Source: Paragordius varius | Taxonomy: Eukaryota; Animalia; Nematomorpha | Assembly (NCBI GenBank): GCA_964247055.1 | Contig: OZ176051.1 | Span: forward strand, 3,658,001 to 3,722,000 | Reading direction: 5' to 3' | DNA length: 64,000 nucleotides | Part shown: positions 1 to 12,752 of the stretch, in pieces | Layout of the letters: each line of letters begins with the position of its first letter | Position numbering within the stretch: position 1 is the first letter of the stretch | Translations under genes and position numbers: made by a program | The notes under the pieces: generated by a model | What the model was told of the DNA's origin: nothing | The model's input: only the letters and a program-made list of their open reading frames with translations | Databases searched by the model: none

Positions 1-391
1 AGGGTAGAAATTTATTATTTGATAGAAAGACTTTGTGTATGAGAAGAGGTATAATTAGGGTGTGTTGATATAATTATCGTTTATTATTATGATAATTTTT
101 TCATACAAAAAATACCATGCAATAAAAAACATAAGAATAATTAAAAATGAATTGTACCTGTTAAATGCCAATGCATTTGTTTTACAAATCTCAAAGTGTG
201 TTTAAATATGGGAAGATACAAGTATTGACTATTTATGGCAATTTTGAATTGTATATATTTAATAATTAATTAATTGCAATTTACATATTTTGTGAGATAA
301 TAAAAATATAATATTTGTTCAACAAATTACAATTGTATCACACTTTTATTGAGATTAACTCTAACAAAAATATCTAAAAATATTTATAAAA

Positions 392-3300
392 TTATTCTAT
401 CGCATCTAAAAAATGGCCAAGTGATTGTCCTAAACGCACCTTTTCATTGAAAGCAACGTTAAATTTGAAGTTTGAAGGTGCTTCAAAGATACAAACTATG
501 GTTGAGCCAAGATTAAATTCTCCAAAATAATCGCCTCGTTGAATAAGTATCCCTAAATAATATATAATTGTTATGAAATTTAAATAAAAGAATAATTATT
601 GTAGAAAAAACTTTTTTATTCCTTAATTTTGTTTATGCATTCTAATTGAGTATGATTGCAAAATAAGATAATTGACTATCAATTTACATTATTATAGTTT
701 GATATCCAAAAAACAAAGATATTTTAAAACAATAAAGGTTTAAAAAATATTGGATATAACACATTTTAAGTAAAAACAATATATTAACCATCAGAAAAAT
801 TTTCGGCATTCTTGGGTGTCGTCACATGTGTAGAAGTATCAATATCAAAATTTTCAACGACAATAGGCGTATAATTGTCAACGGTAGATTTTGGCTTTTT
901 CCCCTTCATTTCGGCATTTGTATCGTTTGAAGGGTTGTCATCATTAATTATCACAGATGAGGTATCACGAAATATTTTATCGAAAAAGGTTCCAGGTTTC
1001 CATTTCTTAAGGTTTGTTTTAAGATCCTTGCAATAGAGAAAACGTTTAATTATTATATATGGAATAATTCAGCAAAAATAATATAAATTTATTATAATAT
1101 TTCGATTACTACAAGTAATCTTTGTCAAACGTAAAAATAAAATAAAATATAAACTAAAATTTAAATTATAAAGTAAAAATATTAATGAGATATGAAACTA
1201 AAAAAACATGTGTGTATTGTTAATAAGAAAAAAATTTGTAATGTTATTAATATTGTTAAGGTCCTTGTTTCTGTTCATTATATTTCCTTCTTTGTTAATA
1301 TAAAAACTTTCCTTCAATATTCTTTTTGTTCTGTTTTCCTCTGTATCGACAACTTCGGCATCCCAGTTTATTTTATGTTTACATTTAAAGGCATGATATG
1401 CCAAAGCCGAATCATTAGTATTATTCTTGCTAAATAAACTGGGATGCCGAAGTTGACGATACAGAGGAAAACAGAACAAAAAGAATATTGAAGGAAAGTT
1501 TTTATATTAACAAAGAAGGAAATATAATGAACAGAAACAAGGACCTTAACAATATTAATAACATTACAAATTTTTTTCTTATTAACAATACACACATGTT
1601 TTTTTAGTTTCATATCTCATTAATATTTTTACTTTATAATTTAAATTTTAGTTTATATTTTATTTTATTTTTACGTTTGACAAAGATTACTTGTAGTAAT
1701 CGAAATATTATAATAAATTTATATTATTTTTGCTGAATTATTCAATATATAATAATACAATCACACTTCAGCGTAAAACGTTTAATTTTTAGAAATTGGA
1801 GTTTGTTTTTGACCAATTCTATTATAATATCGGTCAGATCTCCAGTTATTCATAATCATAAATATGCAACATTACCACAAATGTAAAAGATTTGTTTACA
1901 AAACCATTGATCTTATTCATTTAAAAAGTTTTATGATTTTAGATTACCTTTTAAAATCACACTTGTTATTAAATTACATCAATGATAAACATATATTTAT
2001 TTTTTTTCAAATTTTAAAAGCGGTAATAGAAACGGTCATGAATAATGGATCCAACCCTAGATTGAGATAATAATAGTAAAAAAGGTTGTTAGAATTACAA
2101 CATATAAATATATTGAATGTCGATTATCTGTATATTTACAATAAATATTCCGCAAATACAGTAAATATATGAAAAATAAAAGACAATATTTTTAAATATA
2201 ACTCATCACATTTGGTTGCAAGGGAGTGAATAATAATGTTGATACAATAAATTATGTAATTAAAATTTGAAATCAAATAGTTTATGTGAAAAAAATCAGG
2301 GTTTTAAAGGTATGGATTTTCATTTAAAAAACGTATTCTTTTAGTTCTTACATTTTGTCTGTATAATTTCAATTTTTACTCAAAAATTCAAAGGTATAAC
2401 TAAAACAACCATTTCTGACACTTTAGTTTGTTTGAGAAAAATCAAGGTTTAAAAAGTATTGTTGTTTGTTAAAAAACGTATTCTTTTAGTTTTTACATTT
2501 TGTAAAATTCTAATTTTTACTCAAAAATTTTACAGCGATTAATAATAAAAACCATACTTGTAGAAAAGGAGTTACCTTATCAATATCAATTTTAATGCTC
2601 CCAACATTGGTGGCCCCCACGGCTGCCATTGAAAAAAATCCGTATCGCCAAGTCCCAGTAAAAACGACACGTTCATTGAAATTAAAAAGTCCTTGTATCC
2701 ATCTCACTATACTCGGGCAAACGCTAAATAATTCTCCTGTAAATTGAGAGAAAAATGTTATTGCTACGAAAATGAGTTAATTATTTGAGATATTAAACAT
2801 TGAATAATTATTAAATTAGGGGTTTTTTTGTTTTTGCAAAATATATGTCAAGGTTAAATTAAACCAGGAAAATGTCTGCGATGCACAACGACCCAATCAA
2901 CCGGACTATGGAAACCATGGTAATCCCCAGGTGCCAAGTATATTATGCAATAATACAATTCATTTGCCGGTGAAAGACAGAGTAAATCTTTCGTTTTTGG
3001 TGACCTTAATGAATCTAATACGATTTATTTTACAGTGTTTTTAAATAAACTGTAAAAAAATGTCATATATTTATTTTTATCTGGACGAAATTGGTATACT
3101 ATTTTTTAAAATACTATTATTAAACGTGGATTTACAATAGATCCTATTTTTATCCAGATTTTTTAAATTTTTTACCCTCTATTCATAAAAAAATAATTTT
3201 GATTTTTTTGGTAAAATATTAAGTATATACATTAAGCTCATGTTTTTATGGTGACATGTTATATAAACTTGTTTGTTTTAAAATTAGGTCATTCATTGTA

Positions 3301-6300
3301 TGAGTCAAAGAATAAAACGTTTTTTCGTGCAATTTTTCGGATATAAAATTTTTTATTTTTATGACAAATAATAGGCATATTTATAAATTTATAACAATTT
3401 AGGAGATTTTTGAGCGATGAAGCTTTCTAAAAGAGATAACTTGACTGTAAATAAAATCCTTAATAATCTTCTTACAAAACAAATATTTTTGTCTCCTACC
3501 TGCCGACATAAAACGTGTATGTTTTCTCCTTTCGTCACTTAAAATGGTATATACATCTTCTGGTTCCATAGTATCTAAAGCCATTCTTTCCAAATAATCT
3601 GTGATTTGAGGGTGAGCCATATCATATTGAGCTATATCATTAATCTTATTATTGTTTGAATCTATTTTTGGTGTATGCGAAAAAAAATATTTTTTTTTAC
3701 CATAAAAATCGATGATATTAATGTTAAGTATGTAATTATGGTACATTATAAATAATAAATTATTTATGTGTCTTAAAAGGGAATCGAGGTTAAAAAGGCA
3801 AAAAATATACACTTTATCCTAACGACACCATAATTAGCCGTTTTGTTTGCCAATATTGTACAGTAAAAATCAAAATATGAAAACAAAGTGTAAAAAAAAT
3901 TGAAAGTTTAAAAGATACTAGAGTAAATCGTGCTGCTACGCAAGCCGAGGAAGTCCTTCAGACTTCTGAAGGGGGGGGCGGTATTTGAAAAAAGGGACAA
4001 TAAAATGATCCACATATGTGGATTATTTCGAAACATTATTTAATAGCTATGATCTCATAGGAATTTAACGGTGCATTCATATTAATATATTGTTTACTTG
4101 GGGGAGAAATAGATTCAAAAAATTATTTTTGTGGATTTTGTTTTTTTTTGAAAAAAAGGCATATTACGGGGGGAGCGGGTAAAAAGAGGGCCTAAATTAA
4201 AAAAGCGAGACGAATATGTTCGGCGCAATCGAAAATAAGTAAACAAAAATCATATTTGAAATTGAATGGTCCAACACGTTCTCCGGAAAACTGTCTCAAA
4301 GACACGATTTTTGTGGACTTGTTTTTTCAAAAGATCCCGTTTTTTACACGGGGTAAGCCCGAACTGGGGGCCTAATTCAAAAAAAGGCGAAGCTATTGTC
4401 GGGACATTCATTAGTGATATTTTTTCGATATTTGGATTTGAATGGGTCTACCGGTTTTCCGGAAACAGATCACAAAGCCAGCACATTTTTACAAATATAT
4501 AGATTATTGTTTCTATAAAATATATTAATTTCTTTTGGAGTGACCGTTTATGAAATTTCAATTAGAAGTATGATTCCTAATAATTTTATTTGATTCATAT
4601 CACAAAGGGGGTTATTTACTTAAGTATACTAAAATAACGTGGTCATAGAAATTTAAATTAATGAACCATCAATAATATTGGATATTGTTTACGCTGATAT
4701 TGGATTAATATTAGATTATAACTCTGCAATAATTGAATTTTCGATTACCACAAGGTATCTTTTTTGAAACTTAAAAAGAAAATTTAAATCAAGCAAAACG
4801 CATAAAATAAATTAAATGAGAAATGAAATTAGAAAAATATATCTAAATAAAAGTTTTTTTATTCATACCAAATTTAAGTTGAGTTAAATTTTCTTGAGAA
4901 GACTGCGATTTATCAGTAAAAGGACTGGGAGATCTATCACGAGACGTAACGTTAGAAGAAGTGTCGTCATTAGAATTTGAACATCTGTGGAGAGAACTGT
5001 GGTCATAATTTGTATCATCATCATCACCACTCATCTTCATTATAATACCACTATCGTGTTCCTCTGCTCCGTCATGATATAATAAGGTGGTGGTGCCATT
5101 ATTCCTTTCCAAAGTCTAAAAAAGTAGAAATAAATTTTTTTAAAAATCTCATGCGAATTAAGGGTTATTAAAAAGTATAGCACAGAATAAAAAAAATATC
5201 CAAAAAATTCGTAAAATATTTATAACTAGTGAGTTTGTATTATGGCATATCTTTCTAATAAAAGTCCACAAATCTTTAAAATAATTATAAAGTTTTTATA
5301 GTAATAATTTTAACCTAAGTCTATATTATACCATTTTATCGTTTTCTTTCGATGTTGGATATCGTGATGAAGTAGAAGAATACTTTGCATACAAAAGGGG
5401 ATTAACATATGAATTAGGTAATGTTAGGGCATTGTATAAACTTAGAGATTCCTGTTTGGGCATAAAACTTTTATTATTTGTTTTGCCTGTTTGATTAGAT
5501 GATGATGTAGTGTTAAAATTTGGGGTTGAAAAATTTCTGATAGGTAGGGTAGTTCCATTCTTACTTTTAAGGTAAAGATCTAAGATACGTTCACAACCAG
5601 GTCCCAGAAATTGGGACAGGGAATATTTAACACCCTTAACTTGTTCCATAAAATCGTCATGTCTTACCAAACCACAATGCAAAATTTTACCATCCACCGG
5701 ACTTATCTATTTTACAAAAAAAAATGTTGAATTTATGGTGTGTATTCATTGAACAACAATTTATTTCTGTATACTTTAATTAACATTATCCTATAAATCA
5801 TGATGATTAACTCATGAATATTTAATATTTTTTGACTCTCTAACAACATTTGTTGCAGGAAACTAATAATTGAACAATAATTTAATTCTTACTTTATTTA
5901 ACATTATGATGATTAACTCATGAATATTTAATATTTTTTAAATCTCTTACAAAATTTTAAGTTGGAAATTAATAATTTATATTAAGCCAAAATGTCTTAA
6001 AAAACCAAGCCCCATAAAATATATTAAAATTTAAAAAATTAAACAATGAGTTAATAATATGTGTCAAATGTTAACCTTCAACTGCATATGCGATATCCAT
6101 CATAGTATAGTAAAAAGTTGGTTATGTTTAAAAAACGTTAAGATACAACTAATATTGGAGACCATAAGTGAAAAATGAATTTCAACAATTTTTTGTTTAT
6201 TTATATAAATCTATTCATAACTTACCAATACAGATAAATTTATGTCTTTAAAAATTACTAATAAGGCTTATAAAAAATTTAAAAATCCTTAACTTAAAAA

Positions 6301-7472
6301 GACAATATAAATATATGTATAATAATGTAAACCAAATCACTCGTCAAATCGAGCGGTCGCACACCCGGTTTAAGTTTTCGACAAAACAGCTGATTTAGAT
6401 TTTTATAATCTGATAATTTATCTTGCGTAGCTTCACTAAGATCAATTTTATAGAACCAAATATAGGTTTGAAGGATTGGATCCCTTAACCAAAACGGCAA
6501 ATTAACATTGTTAATGTATCCCCAAAATCGAGATATTGCACGGAGTGGGATTAATTTGTAGAGAGAAACCTAACAGATATATATTATAGTTGTGACATTT
6601 AAACATTATATTATCAGCAAAGTAATTATATACAGATTTTGTAGAATCATTAAAATTATAATATGTATATCGCGAGGGATAAACCCAAATCTAAAGTTAA
6701 AAGATGGTAAAATTTAAATTTTATCAATTTTTTATTTGTTTAAGATGGATTGATAAAGTTAATCACAGTATTAAAAAGGAATTTATATATTGTCGTTTTG
6801 CAGTTATATAATAATTTTTGCTAATTGACTGGTTATGACCAGAAATTACTGGCATAAGCAGCCAGATTGGTATTTCTTGTTATATTTAAAAAACTAATTT
6901 AAAAAAAATAGTTTTTTTCGCCTATGCAAAATTAAAATTTTATTTGAAAATGCTAAACTTAAGTAAAACGTGAACAAGGGTCCCACAAAAAAGTATAAAT
7001 AGAAAATGCGCTATCATATCCATCAAAAAACTAAAAATCATAATATATAACGGGTTATCCATGTTAAATTAAATATTTATTAAAAGCGTTGTTATGATTG
7101 ATTCATGCAAACTATTGATTATTAAATATCTGTAAAAGAACCTGCCATCTATAAGCTAATTTGACCTCATCTTCTAAGGTTCTAACTTCGCCTTCTTCAT
7201 CATATATAATTTTATCCAAAGAACGTTTTTTTCTTTTTTGATATTTATCATAGATGTTATCACATTGTTTGTAAACGGTATAGCATAATATTACACTTAT
7301 TGGGATTTGGTAATAATATGGTAAAGTACGGAAACTTTTCATACCGCTTATAAATCTGTTAGGTTTTTGTGAATAAAACTTCTTCGTTTGTGGTCCCAGT
7401 AATAATTTATCTAAAATTTATTATCTAAAAATTTATACTCCTCGTTCTACTGATAGCAAAAAGCCTAAACAT
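392..7472 (-). CDS. PISD: Mitochondrial-type phosphatidylserine decarboxylase proenzyme, 10 exons, about 685 aa (exons 7472-7439, 7410-7142, 6569-6333, 5706-5332, 5115-4869, 3661-3476, 3014-2865, 2736-2576, 1026-789, 552-392)
   Basis: Phase-consistent GT-AG joins give the PSD motifs [77 protein letters not shown] and [16 protein letters not shown] (LGST self-cleavage site). The summed CDS is 2058 nt. Exon 1 ([11 protein letters not shown], presequence-like) is tentative and needs a 28-nt intron. Confidence 0.93.
1049..1774. mobile_element. Penelope-like retroelement 3' fragment arranged as a near-perfect inverted repeat (arms 1049-1373 and 1432-1756) inside a PISD intron
   Basis: The minus-strand ORF 1198-1479 encodes [38 protein letters not shown], typical of the C-terminal part of a PLE GIY-YIG endonuclease. 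The 325-bp arms are flanked by a 13-bp direct repeat AAAACGTTTAATT (1039-1051, 1775-1787). Confidence 0.8.
1677..1705 (+). ncRNA. Candidate hammerhead-ribozyme core (UUGACAA-A-stem II-GAAA); identical copy on the minus strand at 1100-1128
   Basis: TTGACAA, then an extra A, then GATTACT-tgt-AGTAATC (perfect 7-bp stem), then GAAA, within the PLE terminal region. Stems I and III could not be resolved. Confidence 0.35.
3918..4503 (-). mobile_element. Non-autonomous Helitron (in PISD intron)
   Basis: On the minus strand it starts TC-TATAT and ends CTAG with a GCTTGC-GTA-GCAGC hairpin variant near the 3' end. It is homologous to the copies at 24217 and 39748-41431. Confidence 0.7.
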
Positions 7473-7537
7473 ACCCAAACATCGAGTTTAAAATTGGGTT
7501 CGGTCACTTGCTCATATGTCTAAATAAATGTTACTTT

Positions 7538-7965
7538 ATGGGTAGATTTCAAATTTTAGATGTTTGCGATGTAACAAATCCACAAAACGAAACGACAAAT
7601 AGTAATAAACGATTATTAAAATTTTTATTATCCGATGGTGAAAAATCTATTGTTGCTGTTGAACAAGAACCCTTACCTATTAAGTATAACTTTGCGGTTT
7701 ATTTAGAAATACTAATAATTTGAAAGGAAAATATCTTATTTTTGACGAAACAAACATTCAAAAATTTAACAATATTATATTTTTAAACTGCAAAAATTGT
7801 CAGTTTTTTGACACACCTTCCCAACAAATTGTGACGGTTAATAAAAAATCAGTATATTAATTTTATATATTTTAGGAATACGAAAAAAACTTTCTTTTAT
7901 ACCAAAAACCAGCTAATGCATGCATTAATGCACCTCCATTTATTCCATTTGATAGAATGATTTAA
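7538..7965 (+). CDS. Stand-alone OB-fold protein of the TDRD3/RMI1 N-terminal type, 126 aa (exons 7538-7683, 7707-7851, 7876-7965)
   Basis: FQILDVCDVTNP..RLLKFLLSDG..IVAVE..NNIIFLNCKNCQFF..APPFIPF parallels TDRD3 LQIQKIRNVAAP..RMLRLQMTDG..AVEF..NGFLLL..PPPFVPF. The frame is restored only with 23- and 24-nt introns (a 39-nt alternative exists for intron 2). Confidence 0.65.
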
Positions 7966-8030
7966 TTTCTGCAACAATTATTTTTTCTTTTTTACCCAAA
8001 ATTACTTTAATTATTAATTTTACAAATCCA

Positions 8031-10160
8031 ATGGAAGCTATAAATCCGAACCTTGTTTGGGTAGATGATATATGTTATCGTTCATATATTAATCCTGATA
8101 ATTCTGAAATCAAAACTAATCCACACATTGATGAATTTGAAGAAGATATCAACATGACATCAAATAATTTTTATAAACCTTATGATTTAGTTATTCCTAC
8201 TTTGGCTTTAGGGTAATATTTTTAAATTTTTAAAAAGTTTAGTTTTGTCATTGGGAAAAACGCTCAAAATTTAAAACGTATTGAAGCAAATTCATCCACT
8301 AAAATAAAAATTGTTAAAAATAAAAATGGTACTTCTAAAGCAAGTATACATATACAAATTTAATTATTACAAAAGTTATAAATGGACTCAATCCTCAAAA
8401 CATAGAAACAGCTATTCAATTATTAACCAACAGTGTAAATAAGTTTAAGCAAATTGCGAAACCTACGCATTTTATATCAATACCTTTACGTTCTGCATCA
8501 TTCGAACAATCTTTTAATGAATTCAAACGCTTGGTTTTAACGCAATATGGAATGGTATATTTACTTATATTTTTATAAAGGCTCAGGGTATAAATGAAAG
8601 CTTATTTGCCATCCCTAACAAAATTCACCTTACTATATGTATGTTAAAAATTATTGAAGATATTGAAATACCAAAATATACGGCTTTCTTGGATAGCTTT
8701 AATGAGCAAACCTTAAAGTAATTTGATGATATATTTAAACTTTTTCATACAAAATTTAATTAAGAATAAATTATTTTAAGATTCATTTAATTGACTCATA
8801 TATATTATAATAGATCATTGATTGGAAACGTCCCATTGAAATTGCATCTGAAAGGCATCGAATATATGAACGATGACCCGTCTAGTGTTGACGTTTTGTA
8901 TTGTCGCATAGATCCACTTTCTGATTTAGATAGGTAGGTTCTCATTGCATTTTTATTTCAGAAAAAAAATGAAAAATTATTTATAAATATTATCTCTATG
9001 CCGCATTTTTAATTAAGTATTTGCATTAACTTCCATTTTTTGATAAAGAATGCAGAATATTGCTGATTCATTGGTGGATGGTTTGGTTAAAGAGGGTTTA
9101 ATGGAACGGAAAACGGAAAAAGTCAAACTGCACGTAACGTTAATGAATTCGAAATGGAATGAACCGCATAGTATGTTTAAATTAACATTCATTGACCTTT
9201 CACCCGGATTTAATATTAAATTTTTGAAACCCAATTTTTTTTGCAACATTTGGGTTTTACATTAAATATTGATGATATATATATATATATATATTATAAA
9301 GACAAAAACCGCATAAATGAAAAGACGAATATTTTTTAAAAGACAATCATACTTTTAAAATCTTATTTTTTTATGTAAATCGTTTGGGCATGTAAAACGG
9401 GAATGGAAATGGTAATTGTAAATATATACAATTACATACTTATATATTTATTTGAAAAAACGTAAGGTTTAAAAAAGGATAGTTGTCTTTTCAAAAAATT
9501 ATTGTTCTCTAGTTTTTAAGTCTTATTTTATAATTCTATTTTTACTATCAAAATAGTATTTATACGTTTTGTATAAAATAATTATACATTTATTTTTTAG
9601 ATTCAAGGGAATCACGAAAACCCAATCAACGAATATCTTTTGATGCTCGCCAAATTTTAAAGGTTTTTTTATAATTCAGCCGCAGTGTAGCCCCTTTAAC
9701 CCCTTGTGGGGTCATTTTGAATAAAATATGCAAAAATATATTTTTAATTAAAATTAAATTCATATTTTTTAAATAACATATATATAAGATAATCAGTTAA
9801 TAAAAAATGTTGATTTATAATATAAACAAATTGGTAAGTTTATTGCTGTTTTAAACTCATTATAACTAGAAAATTAGGGCCCTATTAAAAAATTGGAAAA
9901 GTGCATGATGATAAGCATGAAACAATTATTTATAGGTGCCGTTTTTTTAAGCTCAATATTAAAAAAGCCTTCAACTGTTTTTGCAATATTTTATAATTTA
10001 TACTATTTCTGATCTAAATGTTTTTTGATAATAAATAACTACTTAGGATTTTGCTCAGTTTGATTTTGGTGTGTGTGAAATCACAAGTCTGCATTTATCA
10101 ATTCGCAATGAACTCGGGAAGGATGGATACTACAAAGCTGCTCACATTATTAATTTGTAA
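8031..10160 (+). CDS. ASCC1: Activating signal cointegrator 1 complex subunit 1 (KH + AKAP7-type 2H phosphoesterase), 8 exons, 338 aa (8031-8212, 8243-8343, 8376-8554, 8581-8717, 8814-8933, 9049-9170, 9601-9662, 10047-10160)
   Basis: N-terminus MEAINPNLVWVDDICYR (human MEVLRPQLIRIDGRNYR), KH loop VIGKNA, PTHF, both HxT motifs (IHLT, LHVT), GIEYMNDDP..VDVLY, SFDARQIL and the C-terminal LHLS..GYYKA. Confidence 0.92.
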
Positions 10161-11233
10161 TAACCTAATAAATATCTCAATGTTACCTTATTTTTATGTT
10201 TTGTTTATATTGCTGGGTGCATATAACTAAATTATCTATATATTCCTTAAAAGGATGTGTAAGTTTTAATATATACTCATAACTACAATAGGTGTAAAAC
10301 AATTTTATGTTTCACGGAAAAACCGGAAATTAATATTTCCTTTCAATTTTTTTTATAATTGAGGCTATTATGAAAGATTTAAAACTTACTTGCATGTTCC
10401 ATATCTTTGCTTTTAATTATAATGATATAACACACTTTTGATGTTTTTGTAACATTTTATATCTCGAAATAGTCAAATCTTAATGTATAATACTTAACGC
10501 CCACCCATTAAATAATCCAAAAGCTATATCTTCACGGCGAATAATGATATAAAGCATGGTCAGTAATGGTATGAAAAATCATCTGTTTTGTTTCAAACCC
10601 ATTTTTTACAGCATGAAATGATAAGCGTGTGTTTAAAAATTGTTTTACCGCATTTGTTTATTCTATATAAAAGTTTTACTAACCAGCATTAAAAAATAAT
10701 ATCCTGTAAACTTTTGCAACCAAATTATATCTAAAATATTTTCCAGGTCTGCATGTGCTCTTTCAAAAGCAGTTTTTTGAAAATCTACAAAATTAACCCT
10801 TGCAGAGAAAAAAAGTATACATTATTATAAATAAATAACACGATATAATCTCTTCTAATTCTTTTACCATGCATTAATTTATAACTATAGGTTTGGTTGG
10901 TGACCATTTTTGAGGAAAAAATCCGCGGTCAAGTTTGACTCTTGGTTATTGCTCAGCATCGCTTTAGACACATAAATTTAATTTTAAACCTAATTTTATC
11001 TAGATATATTGCAAATAAAATAGGACAAAAAGATTTTGATTGCAGACACATTAATATATATATATATATAATAAAATACATTTCAAGGTATTTTTGTTCC
11101 CCAAGAAGTTTTATTTCCTTTGAAAATACACAAATAATTTGTTACATCGCAATCATAATATATCACATTATAGACTAGAGAGTTGATATTATTTTGTGAT
11201 TTCTACAGTCTAAAATTTAGAAAGCACTATTTA

Positions 11234-11808
11234 CACTTCGATTCAAATTGGGATATCTAAATACCCCAGACTAAATTTGAGTTAGGATTTTTAAAAAACT
11301 ACTGAAGGAAACGGTCCCAATTTAAATTTATGTCTATCCTAATAAAAGTTATATAAATATGACAAAATATCGAAATAAAATTTTGTTTAGGAAAAAAAGT
11401 TCCATGTCAAACTACTTCGACGCCATTTTTATTTTGTAAAATTTTTGCAAAATATCGTTTTCATTTAGTTTTGAGGGTAAAATTAAAGCAAATTTTTTTT
11501 TTAATTATATCTATCATTGATAGAAATAAAAAAGCGGTTTGTTTTGTATTATTTTTCAATTTTACCATTGGACACATGTAAAGTTTAAATTTTTACCTTT
11601 TGGTTTTAGCTTAAAATAAGTAATATCAAGTATTTTTGAATAAAATTTTTTATATATTTTGGTTTATTAATGTTATATAATTGCAAAATTTTGCCATGGT
11701 CTCGATTCCTTCCATATATTTTAAAGAATTAAATTTTAAACAGGCATGGGGTATTTAACTACCCCAATTTGAATCGAATGACTAAAATGAATGTGTTCTA
11801 TCCAAGTG
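11234..11808. mobile_element. piggyBac-like MITE (about 575 bp), copy 1
   Basis: Ends CACTTCGATTCAAATTGGG and ATCCAAGTG, with TTTA/TTAA flanks and asymmetric terminal repeats. It is homologous to 28724, 31327, 31900 and 59643. Confidence 0.7.
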
Positions 11809-12714
11809 TTAAATTCAAATAAACAGCTGGTTTATATTGAGATTTATTAAATTATAAATAATTTAATTAATATTTTAAATCATTTTTCATCTTTACATAT
11901 CAGTTATTTTAGCCATTTAACAGAATCCAGGAAAATGTGGGCTGAAAGCTTGAAATTAGGCAGGATTAAAAATGTATATTCATAATATTTTGTCCGAATA
12001 TTTCTAAGTTTCGCCCGATGTCACAGATAATTTTACATATTAATATTTGATCATTTTGCCATAGAAAAATGAATGATATAAAAATAATTATGAGATATAT
12101 CACACTAAGATATTATTATATGTAATTGCAACTTCCAATTTCGATAATAATGCGCTATCAGCAAATCATATCAGATAAATTATAAATATTTTAAACTACG
12201 CTAAATCTTTATAATTAAAAATAGTGAATTGTTCAATAATGGCCACAACAAAATACACTATTAGTAATCTGTTTTTCATCTACAAGGTTCTATAAACCCC
12301 AGCTAAATTTCTATCCATGTATTTTAATGGGCTACATTTTAGCTGGTTTTAAAACCCTTTGAATAAAAGATTTTAAATTAAAAAATTAAAATATTTAAAA
12401 AACTCTATTGAATTCTATGTTTTTGGGTGAAAGCTTTTGTATCTACACAATTCATCATTTATTTTATTCATTAAATTTCCCAATAAAATAATTAAACAAA
12501 TTTCTTGAATTTTTTCCAATTTGCGCTTAATTTTTAAATTTCATATTTGGTTATTTTAAATATTTTTGTCATACACTAAGGTAAATAATTCTGAAACGAG
12601 TTATTATTGTTTAATATAATAAATCATAATTAATTTTATGATTTGTCAAATTACCTTTCCAAAATTAAAATGGTTAGAATCTCTCTAATTATTTTTAATA
12701 AGCTAAACGTGCTA

Positions 12715-12718
<4 letters not shown>

Positions 12719-12748
<30 letters not shown>
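12719..12748. repeat. (TA)15 microsatellite
   Basis: Direct reading. Shorter (TA)n tracts also occur near 9277, 11055 and 48253. Confidence 0.9.

Positions 12749-12752
<4 letters not shown>

Noticed and set aside
1192-1613. ORFs 1192-1437 (+) and 1368-1613 (-) with near-identical translations
   Set aside because: They are antisense reads of the two arms of the Penelope-like inverted repeat, not genes.
3399-3812. 137-aa ORF as an independent gene
   Set aside because: Its core (3476-3661) is a phase 1-1 exon that joins the flanking PISD exons, and the rest is intronic AT-rich read-through.
4266-4502. ORF family MVQHVLRK / MSQRHDF / [11 protein letters not shown] (also 24226, 39738, 39757, 40784, 40962, 41071)
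   Set aside because: All lie in non-autonomous Helitron copies, and frames differ between copies, so there is no conserved protein.
9013-9249. Antisense or overlapping ORFs (9013-9249, 13159-13419, 33633-33881, 37587-37982, 43997-44296, 62472-62807, 63145-63348)
   Set aside because: They are shadows of real coding sequence on the other strand or frame, with no motifs.
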